A stretch of 20,000 bases of DNA from Vezdaea acicularis (taxonomy: Eukaryota): positions 44,753 through 64,752 of the forward strand of contig JAPEUI010000092.1 of the NCBI GenBank assembly GCA_026025075.1. The letters run 5' to 3'. Of this stretch, positions 1-9,845 are shown piece by piece. Made by a program: the position numbers and the translations under genes. Under the pieces are notes generated by a model. That model had not been told where the DNA came from, ran no database searches, and saw only the letters and a list, made by a program, of their open reading frames with translations. The first letter of the stretch is position 1; the number at the start of each line of letters is the position of its first letter.

Positions 1-1121
1 TCCCGCCGACCATCCTCCGTTCCCGTCTCCGCTTCCGTCTCCGTCTCAGTCATAATCGTATCGCTATCCTGCTCGGCCGCTTTGGTATGCCATTGTTCCT
101 CAAATACTACTATCCTTCCATCTCCACCCGAGGCTACTATTCTACCACTCTTCTTACTCCATGCCACACTATACACCTCTCGTTCAAACTTTTTTGGCAG
201 GAGCGCCTCACATATCCATTCTTCCTCTGCTGAGCTCGTTCGAAGTATCGACGGAATACGTGTTTTCGCTGTGGACGGCTCTAGTCCTTCCTTAAAAACC
301 CTCCTCCATATTCGTATGGTACTGTCTGCTGATGCTGAAGCTATCCGAGGCCCAGATCTCCGTCGTCGCTCTTGGTGCGCTAGTTGCTTCTCTGAAAGCT
401 CCTTGGACTCGTTCAATGCCGGAGTTAGCGGCTCAAAGTCTATTGCCCATACCGTTGATTCGTGACCCTTCATCACCGATACACATGTCCAGTCCTCCAT
501 ATCTTCCTTATAGAGTCGTACGGTATCATCGTAACTGCTCGAGGCTAGCAATTCCTCCTCCGGATGCCAACATACACATTTCACGTCGGCTTCATGATCT
601 TGCAGCACTGCGATCGTCTCGAAGTCATCGACGTCAATTTCCTCCCATATCCATACGCTCTTATCCCGGGAGCAGGTTGCCAGATACTGCCCCCCAGCGC
701 TCCATGAAACAGACTTGATCTCAGATTCATGCCCATCTAATACCACAGCGAAGCGCCACTCGTCGTCATCTTCGTGATTCTCCCCGTGGTCAAATCCCTG
801 CCCATCCTCATTGCCCGAATCACGTATAACTCCTGACTGATTATCATCATATCTCCTCCAAATGCCAGCGCTCGCATCGAAACTTCCCGTCGCAAGTACG
901 GACTCCCCTTTGGTATTTGGCTTCCATGCACATGATCGTATGGAGCGCTTGTGGCCTCCCTCAACTGTCGAATGGAGTTTGAAGTTTTGGAGGCTATAGA
1001 TGCGCACTTGGCGGTCTGAGGAGCATGTTGCAATGAGGGGCAATGTGGGGTGAGGGGCCGAGAGCCAAGCGCGGGACAGGGACGCGGGGGTCAGCGTTGA
1101 GAGTGGTTTGAGTTCGACCAT
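1..1121 (-). CDS. CIA1: Cytosolic iron-sulfur protein assembly factor Cia1 (WD40 propeller); 3' end truncated by the window edge
   Basis: Manual minus-strand translation from ATG at 1121 (ATCATGG context, in-frame TAG shortly upstream) stays open for 373 codons to the edge. It reads MVELKPLSTLTPASLSRAWLSAPHPTLPLIATCSSDRQVRIYSL..GGHKRSIRSCAWKP..LATGSFDASAGIW..LDGHESEIKSVSWSAGGQYLATCSRDKSVWIWEE..DFETIAVLQDHEADVKCVCWHPEEELLASSSYDDTVRLYKED. The 'GHESEIKSVSW...LATCSRDKSVWIW' and 'HEADVK.V.WHP...LASSSYD' blocks are Cia1/CIAO1 hallmarks. It is missing from the ORF track because no stop lies in the window. Confidence 0.95.
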   Translation of the reverse strand, partial: MVELKPLSTLTPASLSRAWLSAPHPTLPLIATCSSDRQVRIYSLQNFKLHSTVEGGHKRSIRSCAWKPNTKGESVLATGSFDASAGIWRRYDDNQSGVIRDSGNEDGQGFDHGENHEDDDEWRFAVVLDGHESEIKSVSWSAGGQYLATCSRDKSVWIWEEIDVDDFETIAVLQDHEADVKCVCWHPEEELLASSSYDDTVRLYKEDMEDWTCVSVMKGHESTVWAIDFEPLTPALNESKELSEKQLAHQERRRRSGPRIASASADSTIRIWRRVFKEGLEPSTAKTRIPSILRTSSAEEEWICEALLPKKFEREVYSVAWSKKSGRIVASGGDGRIVVFEEQWHTKAAEQDSDTIMTETETEAETGTEDGRR

Positions 1122-1647
1122 GATATAGGGTCGTGGAATCTATCAGGCTTTGTGGAAGATTACTGAGCCTTCGTGTGAAATATTCACGAGAAGAGATATG
1201 GAGGGAGACCGCATTGCTAGTATTTGAGGCACAGGTTGTGCCTGTCCCATGGATGTCATCGGTAGTTCGCGCGGCGCGTCAATCCCGACGCTAGCGTAGA
1301 TATATCGTGGGGTAGAAAGCATTCATTCTCTCTAGGTGCTCAGACAATTTCCTGCGTTTCATTCTACACAAATTTAAAAAGCAGAATTGGTGGCAACCCA
1401 TCTCCTGGGTTGGTGTAGACTTTCTCTGCTCCCCTCGGCGCGGAACTTTGACGCGAGTCAAAAGCCCCGAGCAACATTTTGCCTACGCTTCTCTTAAACC
1501 GTAGCATCTTGAGAACTGCATAAGGGGATTCAATTACTTATCCAAATATCTGTCTGCAGATCTGCGGCTTGCACTTCTTCTCATACTCTCTCCCTCGTGC
1601 TTCACAGCTTCTATAGCCATAGGAGAATACTTCGCATTCATGACATC
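1122..1647. promoter_or_regulatory. Compact divergent (bidirectional) promoter between CIA1 and the steroid reductase gene
   Basis: The two head-to-head start codons are 526 bp apart. CGCG-core elements lie at 1266-1280 (TTCGCGCGGCGCGTC) and 1450-1455 (GACGCG), and a pyrimidine-rich tract at about 1570-1600. Confidence 0.6.
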
Positions 1648-2627
1648 ATGGTTCTTGTAGAGAAATGGATGCCGCCCTCAAGGGAAAATTGGGAATTGAT
1701 AATGTGGTCGTGGCAATTCTTCCCTCTCGTAAGGCGCTACATTTACACTATGAGTCTGTTCAAAGATATCTGTATACTGACGACGCCTCATAGCTGACAG
1801 CTGCACAATGGATTACGGACTATCAGCCAATGGGCAAGAGTTCGATTGTATCTAGGTTCAATTTACCAGGCAAATTCGCTTGGTTCACAATGGAGGTTCC
1901 ATCTTTGCTTGTGATCTCCTACATTATGTACACTTTGCCTGAGGAACTTGGTCTTTCAAGCTTGCCAAACGAAAATTGGCTAATGGCCTCTCTATATGTT
2001 CGAAACGTCCTAAGCTATACTGATTGCTTCTTGCTGATATTAGTCTAGGTGATCCACTACATCTACCGAGCAGTCCTCGCTCCTCTCATACTAAACCCAA
2101 CAATGTCGCCGATCCATGCTTTCCCTTGGGTCTCTGCCATCTTCTGGCAGGTCATGAATGCTATCTCATTAGGCGGTTGGCTTGCAGGCTATGGTCCTGT
2201 CACTAAAGCCGAATGGCACGGCCATTATGCCTGGATACAGATCGGGCTTGTGATTTGGACTCTGGGTTTCGCGTCCAACATTTGGCACGACGACGAACTC
2301 CGCGAGATCCGGCGCGCCGCTCTTCGGGCACAGAAGCGCGAGGCCGAGAAGACAGGTGAACCAATCAAAGGGGTCGAGAAAGTCTACCAAATGCCTGAAA
2401 ATGGCCTCTTTAAGATTATCCTCTTCCCTCACTATTTCTCAGAGTGGATCGAGTGGGCCGGTTATTGGATGATCGGTGGGGGTGCTTGTGTGCCTGCGAG
2501 ATCGTTCATGTTAAACGACATCTCTACCATGCTGCCTCGGGCCGTCCATGGAAAAAAGTGGTACATCAACAAGTTCGGGAAGGAGAAAGTCGGAAGCAGG
2601 AAAGCTGTCGTACCAGGCATCATCTGA
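1648..2627 (+). CDS. 3-oxo-5-alpha-steroid 4-dehydrogenase (steroid 5-alpha-reductase, SRD5A/DET2-like), 287 aa, 3 exons
   Basis: Exons are 1648-1728, 1794-1997 and 2049-2627. Introns are GTAAGG..ACTGAC..TAG and GTTCGA..GCTGAT..TAG, both phase 0. The protein is multi-TM with motifs AWFTMEVPS, HYIYRAVL, SNIWHDDELREIR and YQMPENGLFKIILFPHYFSEWIEWAGY, plus RAVHGKKWY near the C-terminus. These match the Steroid_dh family (compare SRD5A2 QELPS, HYFHR and GGLF..VS.ANFLGEIIEW.GY). Confidence 0.9.
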
Positions 2628-5505
2628 TATGACCGAGTGGCATTAATGGCAGTGGTATCCTTTGTCAAAACGATACTGCATGACAGAGCATCAAGGACCT
2701 GCAAATCAATTGGCTGAAAAGGCTCCCTTTACCTTATGTAGGGGGTCCCTTTATCTGGGAGTTGTGCAGAATTCAAAACTTTTATGCTATCTGCCTAATT
2801 GGACACTCGTACTATATCTGGGCCTATTGCCCCACTGGAACGGTGGAGAGTCGTCGTGTGATGGTCTGGCAGGCAGGCAAATAGAAACAAGGTTTTCTCA
2901 GGGGGTTTAGTGTACGGGCATAATACCGGCATATCTTCATCAACATTGCGGGCCGGCTCTATCGATAACCAGCTGCATCATGTCCGCGAGCGGTTCTCAA
3001 CAGTGGCCCTCTCCGCATCAAGGCAGAAAGCAGGAACCATGGCTCGTATTGAAGCTATGGGCCAAGGACAAATGATCAAGCTGCCCGCGAACCCAATTGC
3101 GCTACGGTTGACGCTGGAGTTTAGGCGGAACTTCGAGCCGGCATCCCCTTGGTTTCAATAAGTGCATCTTAGGTCGATCGAGGGGCTTAGAAGGATTGCG
3201 GCTGGTCGGATGACCGGCTGGTCGGAGGAGCGGCCAGCCTCCTTCTTCGCATCTCTTATGCCGCCGAAGCGGTCATTGATGCTCTAATTGTCCCACAAAG
3301 TAGCTGTTCGCGACGGGACGCGTCAAGTTGCTCCATGGTCGTTACCCGTCGCGATAGACAGATCATGCAGCTTACCGTGGTGTTCAGCCTAGCGAGCACG
3401 GATCTACGCTGTCAGCGCTCTGACTCGGGATGGCTGGCTGGCTCGTGCCCCTCGTGCTCGCGTGCTCTCACAAGCTTCGTCCAACGTCTATTCATGTGTC
3501 GCACCAAAAAGATACGAACGTGCTCCGTTTAGATGTGGCGAAGACTGCTTCTTGTCCTGTATCCCAAGGATCTAGAGCGGACGAACATCGCGCCTCGTAT
3601 TTCTCGATAGCGCCAGAGGCGGGACTGCGTGGGGAATCGGCAATCTCGATCTTTCGTATGCGCTCAAATGAGCGCCTCTGCCTAGCTCCACAAAGGACCG
3701 CTCGAGAGCTAACTTCGGCATAGGAACCGAATTTTACGGAGCTCACGAGCATTTGTGAGCGAGGCCGCGGACCCACGTCCACGGGGACGAAGGCGTTCGC
3801 CATTTGCTAATCTCGTATCTCCCCAGAAGGACGTCTCTTTCATGATCATGAACGGTGCTTCGCAAGGCGAATAGAAGGTCCTCTAGGTGAGGGTATTGGC
3901 ATCTCCATTGAAACATGAAGAGCCCCTTCGCCGACATTTCAACCGAAGAATGATGCTCGCAAGACCACCAGTGTGCCTCAAATATCTTCTGATATTTTAT
4001 GCCAGATGCTGTACCATCAAAGCTAAAGAAAAGAGCGCCATGGGGTATCATCATACAAGCCGGGCTGGCAACGCGTCCTTGCGACTCGGTTTCGCTCCTG
4101 TCGAACCTCGGACGCTATCCAGGCCCGATCCATAATCAAGACGCCAGCATTCAGGGGCCCATTTCTGGTGGCGTCCATAGCCTCGCATCTCGCCGCGCCT
4201 CGCTTCCGGCAATCTGCAAGCCTGGAGGCTTTCCCATCTTTCGCAATGTTGCGGTCGTCGATCATCACCGCTTTCTTTTTCGTTGCATCAGGCATGCCAG
4301 AGGCACCTTCTCGCGCTCTCTTGCCCAGCACACAACTGTCTCTCACGATAGCTAGGGATCACTTGTTGCGTCCTATGCCACTACCTTGCTCGCGAGGGGT
4401 ACATTCGCAGGATCCATTGGTCACCCTTCCTATGTCACTGGTTGAAGAGGTGGTTTGGGATGGTGGCGGGCCAAGCGAGGGCTGGTTTACGGCTGGGGAG
4501 CCCATGATTTGTCCGGATGATACAAGCCCCCAACGGGGGTGCTCCTGTCTCATGTGCGTGACTGCCAGGGCAGCGCACCGACCTTTCTGTGAAGGCAGCA
4601 GAGATCAAACCGTCTTCTTTAGTGGGTGATATGGGATCGCATCTTCAGAGGTCGGTCTTCGTTGAATGCGACAATCATTTATGAGGATCATTGACGAGCT
4701 GAGGTGGGAAGTGCTTCACGCTGCGCCTGTGCAAACAGCGACCGTGCGCAGATCGTTCAATCGATAGTGGGAGGTGCGCTCGCTCGAGGGACCCCTGTCC
4801 GGACGACGCACGCCTCTCCGCCAACGAGAGACCGATATTACAAGCCCCGCCAGGGGCCTATCGCTCCATTTGGACTCGAACAGCTGTAGTGCTGTGGGCA
4901 TGGCGAGCAGCGATGGCGTTGCTCTTCGAGCTTGGAGGCGCCGGCAGATCCAGGAAATCAGCTTGTCGTGGGTGGCCCTCGATGAATTGACCTGCTCCCA
5001 CTATTCAGCTCTTCCAAATCTCCTTGCCCCCAAACCTCTCTCGTTCTTGCAACCTCATTCCAACCTCTACATCTTTGCTCGCAATTGCCTCAAGCGCTCG
5101 CTCTCGCGCCGTTTCAACTCTCGTTTGCTGATACTCGACCTTGGGGAGCCCGGATGCTCGACAGGATTCGCTCGCTCTTCTGTCGGAACATCTAGACGCG
5201 ACAACCTTGAGGTTCTCGGCAGCTCCTCGATGCGAGCGGATCGGTACTTGTCAGGGTCTGATCCTTTGCGCCCCACCTCCCAATTATCCTCGCGGGGACC
5301 AAAATTTGACGAAGCACTGGGGTGTCAGTGCGGTGGCTAAGGCCTAGGCACGTCTCACGACGTGTACTGTTCTCAAAGAGTTGGTGTCGGTGTCGGTGAT
5401 CGAGTTCGTCTTTAAGCCTTGATACATCTCCTGTGCGCCAGAGTTGGGCCCAAGAAACCTTACCCAAGCTCCTCCATTAGGCGACGACCTCGACATTGAG
5501 ACAAG

Positions 5506-8219
5506 ATGGACCAATTCCAGGTCTGGGAGGGTCAAATCGTACCGCGCACCTTCAAGGGCGGTTTCGTCTTCCTTTCCTATCTTGTTAGCTATGTTGGATC
5601 CTGGACGACCCTAGAACTATTAGACAAGAGGACGGCGGTACGGGGCTCGTACAATTGGTATGCCACGACACCTCTTCATTTAGGCCTCACTGCCATACAC
5701 GAATATGTGTTGACTGTATATTTTATAGGTACATCCTGGTGGGCTCGGCGATATCGATGGGGGGAGTTGCTATTTGGTGCATGCACTACATAGGAAACCT
5801 TTCGATCATCCTCGGAAATGGGGACGCCCAAATACAACTAACGTACAATGCTGGCATCACGACTGCCTCATTTTTCGTTCCCGTTTTGGTCCTTCTTGCA
5901 GCGTTCTTCATAATCGGCTCGAACGAAAAGGTGCGGCAGATACGTGTAATACTTGGGGGAGCTCTTGCCGGCCTGGCTGTATGTTCCATGCACTATGTGG
6001 GACAAGCGGCCATTTCGAATTATGACTGCGTATACAACTTCCAATACGTTGTCGGTTCAGCGATCATTGCAGTTCTTGCGTCTGTCATCGCATTTTGGGT
6101 GTTCTTTGTCATGAGGGCCGCGTGGAAGAATTCGTGGTGGAAACGAGCTCTGTGTGCTAATGTGCTCGCTGGAGCAGTATCTGGGATGCACTGGCTGGCA
6201 TCGGTGGGCACACAGTATAGGTACAGGCATCACCAGAGCATAATGATAGGGACAGCAAGGCGTACGACAATCATCTTCGTCATAGTCCTGGTACGTCTTC
6301 AGAGAATCCATTCTAGGAGTTTTGAGGTCTAATACTATCTTTATCTAGTCCATATTTGGGTGCATAGTGCTGATTGCACTCGCCATGCTGGCACAACAAC
6401 GACGGAGACGGTCGGCAAATCGAGCTCAGCAGGTTGTATTAGCCTGCGCGACGTTTGACTCTCAGGGGCGATTGCTCGTGACTTCGGAGGGGCTTTTACC
6501 AAGTCAAAAGATTACCAATTCTTATGTTGAGCGGGTATGTCGTAGAAGCCCTTTCCCCCAAGGTCTTCGTCCATTGCGAGGATATCTAACGTAATCTTTG
6601 CTTTGTAGTCTTTTGATGATATATTCACCATTTCGCATCCAGTCTTCCTCTGGATATTTCGTACTACTCGGAACTGGCGGGGAATTGCAGAGCTCATACC
6701 TGGGATGCGAAGTCACCTCCAAACCACTGCAGCAAAGAGTGGCTCTGGATCAACTACACAAAAGTCTACACCAGATCCATCCAATGAGGATGAGGGCGTG
6801 GAGGATTATTCAGTGGTCTTCCGAGAGCTGTTCTGCGTTGCTGCATCAGAACTAGCAGAGCAGATCAATGAACCCCTTGAGAATGTTGGAGTACTATATG
6901 ATGAGATCATCAGCACAGGCACCATCAGCAAGTATGGGCAGGATCAGAAAAGGGGTTTGTTTGGTTATGGAGAGGACCTTGAACGTGCGGGACCAATTCC
7001 ATTTGTGTTCGGACGAGGCCAGGTTCTGTTCGTAGTTCGACGTACCAACAAGAGCGAAGCAGCTCGGCTTCAAGCCTCAGGCTTCCGCTTTGCTGGTGCA
7101 CAGAATGTGGTCGATATTCTAGCACGAAGTATGCAAGTCCAGCGGGATGAGCTAGCCGCACACATCGAGAGCATGCAGCGATACTCGAAAGGCGACCATA
7201 TACTCAACCCAGGAGTGCACATGGCTTGTTTCGCCATCCGCGCGTCTGTCCGTGGCGGCTTCGACGTCCTGGTCCGTCGCGACGCCAAAAACCAACTCCC
7301 TACGATGCAACTCCCAATCGCCTCTCTCGAGCCATGGCACCGAGAGTTCCTCTCTCAAATGGAAAACTGGACGGTCTTCAACTGCTTAAATTGGTTACGC
7401 TCGAAAACGACGTTCAGCTCTATGGCGGAACAGACATTTGCAACCCAAGTCTTTGATACCATCGTTGCCCTGGCCGACGAAATTGGGGATCCCTTCTTCC
7501 ACGACGCTCTATTGACTACAAACCCCTACATCCTAGCCCCCTGCCGTGGCTTCGGCGACTATCCCAAACCAGGCCGCGCCTCCCTCCTCGCCTTCCGCAT
7601 CATCGCCCCAATCCACTCCCGCGCACCACACGGCCGCCTCACCTACTCCCCCCTCTCTTTCTTCCGCACCCAGCAGCACGTCTACAGGAACATGCCCGAC
7701 CACGACGTCTTTGCGCGCAAGATTCACCGCGAGTTCGCCCCGATCGTCGAGCCCAAGAAGAGCCTGTCCTACGCGACCGAGCGCGTTCGCAGCCCCAGCT
7801 TGACCGCCACCGTCAGTACCCTTCCCCCCAGCAGCCCCACCAGCTTGGCCTTCCTTGTCCCCACGCTCCATCACCCGCCCCGCGACGGCCAGAAACGGCC
7901 AGATCTCAAGGCTCACAAATCCTGGTTCGGCCTCTCTCCGACCAACTCTTTCGTCTCGGAGAAGAAAGAGCGGAAAATCGTATCGCCCCCGCTCTCCCAT
8001 ACCGACGCGAGCAGCGAGAAGCACCTCATGGACCATGCGGGTAACCCCTTCGGCGGCATCATGGTCAGTCAGGAGGTCAGTGTCGATGTGAGGGAGGTGG
8101 GCAAGGAGAACGAGGTCGAGCTCTCGGCGATGGGCACGTTTGGGAGTGCGGTATGCGAGATGGATGATCCCGAGACGTTTGTCGATTTGCTCTTCGAGGC
8201 CGCTGTTGAAGGGAGGTGA
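5506..8219 (+). CDS. MHYT-domain integral-membrane signalling protein, 836 aa, 4 exons
   Basis: Exons are 5506-5657, 5729-6290, 6349-6534 and 6609-8219. Introns are GTATGC..TAG, GTACGT..CTAAT..TAG and GTATGT..CTAAC..TAG, with consistent phases (2511 nt in total). The N-terminus has about 7 hydrophobic helices and three MHYT-type motifs: AIWCMHYIG (MH at 5781), SMHYVGQ (5988) and SGMHWLA (6186). It also has 'LSYLVSYVGSWTTLELL', typical of MHYT N-termini. A basic stop-transfer QQRRRR follows, then about 580 aa of soluble region. Confidence 0.9.
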
Positions 8220-9845
8220 TCCCGGCCTTCATCATCATCATCATCGTTAGGTGGTTTGGAAGCCTCACCTCTTCGTTATTTTGGGTCAGACGCCCTTTTT
8301 TTGTTTTTCTTTCGCGGTTTAGCGCTCGCATGGCGTCGGATGGGGACAGGGTCTGGGTCTACTTTTTTGTTGGTCATTAAATGACTATTTGGTTTCGCTC
8401 TGGTATCAACAGAGCCGATGGGAATACCCCGTTTGCATGCAGCCTGGTTGGCTGGCTGCTGCTTGTATATAGGATGGAATGGAGATGTGAGGATGGTGTA
8501 GATAGTGGGGCATAAGGCTCATATCAAAAATATTGGATGTGTGATCAGTTTATTGCTAGTGTGATGTGGATTATGATGTGATGGACGCCCAGCTCTAATG
8601 GGCGGTGTTCATGCAATTGGTACAAGTCATTGGAGGCTTCCTCACGTCTAGAAGGGTTCTATTTTGAGGTTTTAAGGTGCCGCCAGTGCCAGGTTGTGGG
8701 GGTTTTTGCAGAGGATGCTCATGTGGAAAGCGGAAATGGACTTTTTTCGAGCTTGTGGTGGACAATGGGAGGTGGTTCGGGGATGTTCAGGGGTGGGGAA
8801 AGGGCTTTTGAGCCGCTGGATGTTGGTTGGTGATAAGGGCGGGTGACAGATTGGCATGGTGATACTTGCTTTGGTGTCAAGAGCTGCATTTCAAGTTACA
8901 CAAAACGCACCTCGAAAGGTCGAAAGCTGTTTCGGGAAATATTCTGATCTATTGCCATGACTTAGTAATTCGTAGGACTTCAAGAAATCCTCAAGTCTCA
9001 TCTGTCTGATATGAATTATCATTAATTGCATCTAGGGGATCATTGGCCACAAAGAATATGGGTGATGCAAAAGTTACCCGGCCTCCTCACGGTCTTGGAT
9101 GGGCACGCGGCCCCCGGAAGACGTGAAGAGGTGCTTGCATCAAAGTAGGAGAACGCCAAGAGCGTACTACCATATCAACAGACACATGTGGAACAAAGAG
9201 TCACAGTACAGGTAGTTGGTACTGCGTGAGTAGTCCAATGCACAAATATCACAGAAAATCTGTACGCCGGAAGCGAACCCGCGATGCCCACACGAGATTC
9301 AAGGAATCCCGGGGCCAAAAGCAGGATTAGAAAGGCGTTCTCATCAATTGGTTCGCTCTCGATCTACTCGGGAATGTGCAGAGACAACGGATGCTTCTAG
9401 TGAGGAAGCGTATGTACTCCGGCATGGGTATGTTGAGGACCTGGACAATAAATGTGAAGAGAAGACAGAGAAAGAAATGTACGGTAGAATTTCAAGCGCT
9501 CGCTACGGTGGGCGGGAGGGAGTGGGATGGGAGATTGTCGTGGTCATTGGTAGAAGGATGCCTAGTGAGGCTTCACGAAATGGGAAATTTTTATGTTTAC
9601 TATAATCAAAAGCTTCGGTAATCTATTCACCTTAATGCGTTACAGTAAACTTCTGATTTGGACCGTTATTGTCCGGAGAGGAACCCTTTGATGTTCATAT
9701 GGTGGGGCGCGTCAGGTCGCGTCTCCCCGAGAAATTTGTTCACGTCGTTGCTCGCACCTTGGGTCGTTCCAATGACTTCGTGAACCCATTCTTGCGAGCT
9801 ACTATCACAAATAGCACGCTAGATATACGATCATTCACAAGGAGA

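Noticed and set aside
82..1033. Track ORFs 82-465, 332-718 and 737-1033
   Set aside because: They are antisense or off-frame shadows of the CIA1 reading frame.
2662..5340. Many overlapping 60-190 aa ORFs in the spacer, e.g. 4168-4629 and 4774-5340
   Set aside because: They mostly have non-ATG starts, R/S/P/C-rich random composition, mutual overlap and no recognisable domain.
7533..8036. 167-aa antisense ORF inside the MHYT gene (likewise 19369-19896 inside RTT106)
   Set aside because: It is the expected by-product of GC-rich sense codon usage and has no protein-like motifs.
8630..9621. Short ORFs between the MHYT gene and PNK1
   Set aside because: They have non-ATG starts or low-complexity composition, with no supporting splice structure or homology.
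9669..9845. N-terminal extension of PNK1 suggested by ORF 9669-10001 (TTG start; in-frame ATG at 9699)
   Set aside because: This stretch overlaps the putative promoter CGCG elements and has no PNKP-like character. ATG 9846 (AGAATG) gives a typical-length protein. A longer form cannot be fully excluded without TSS data.
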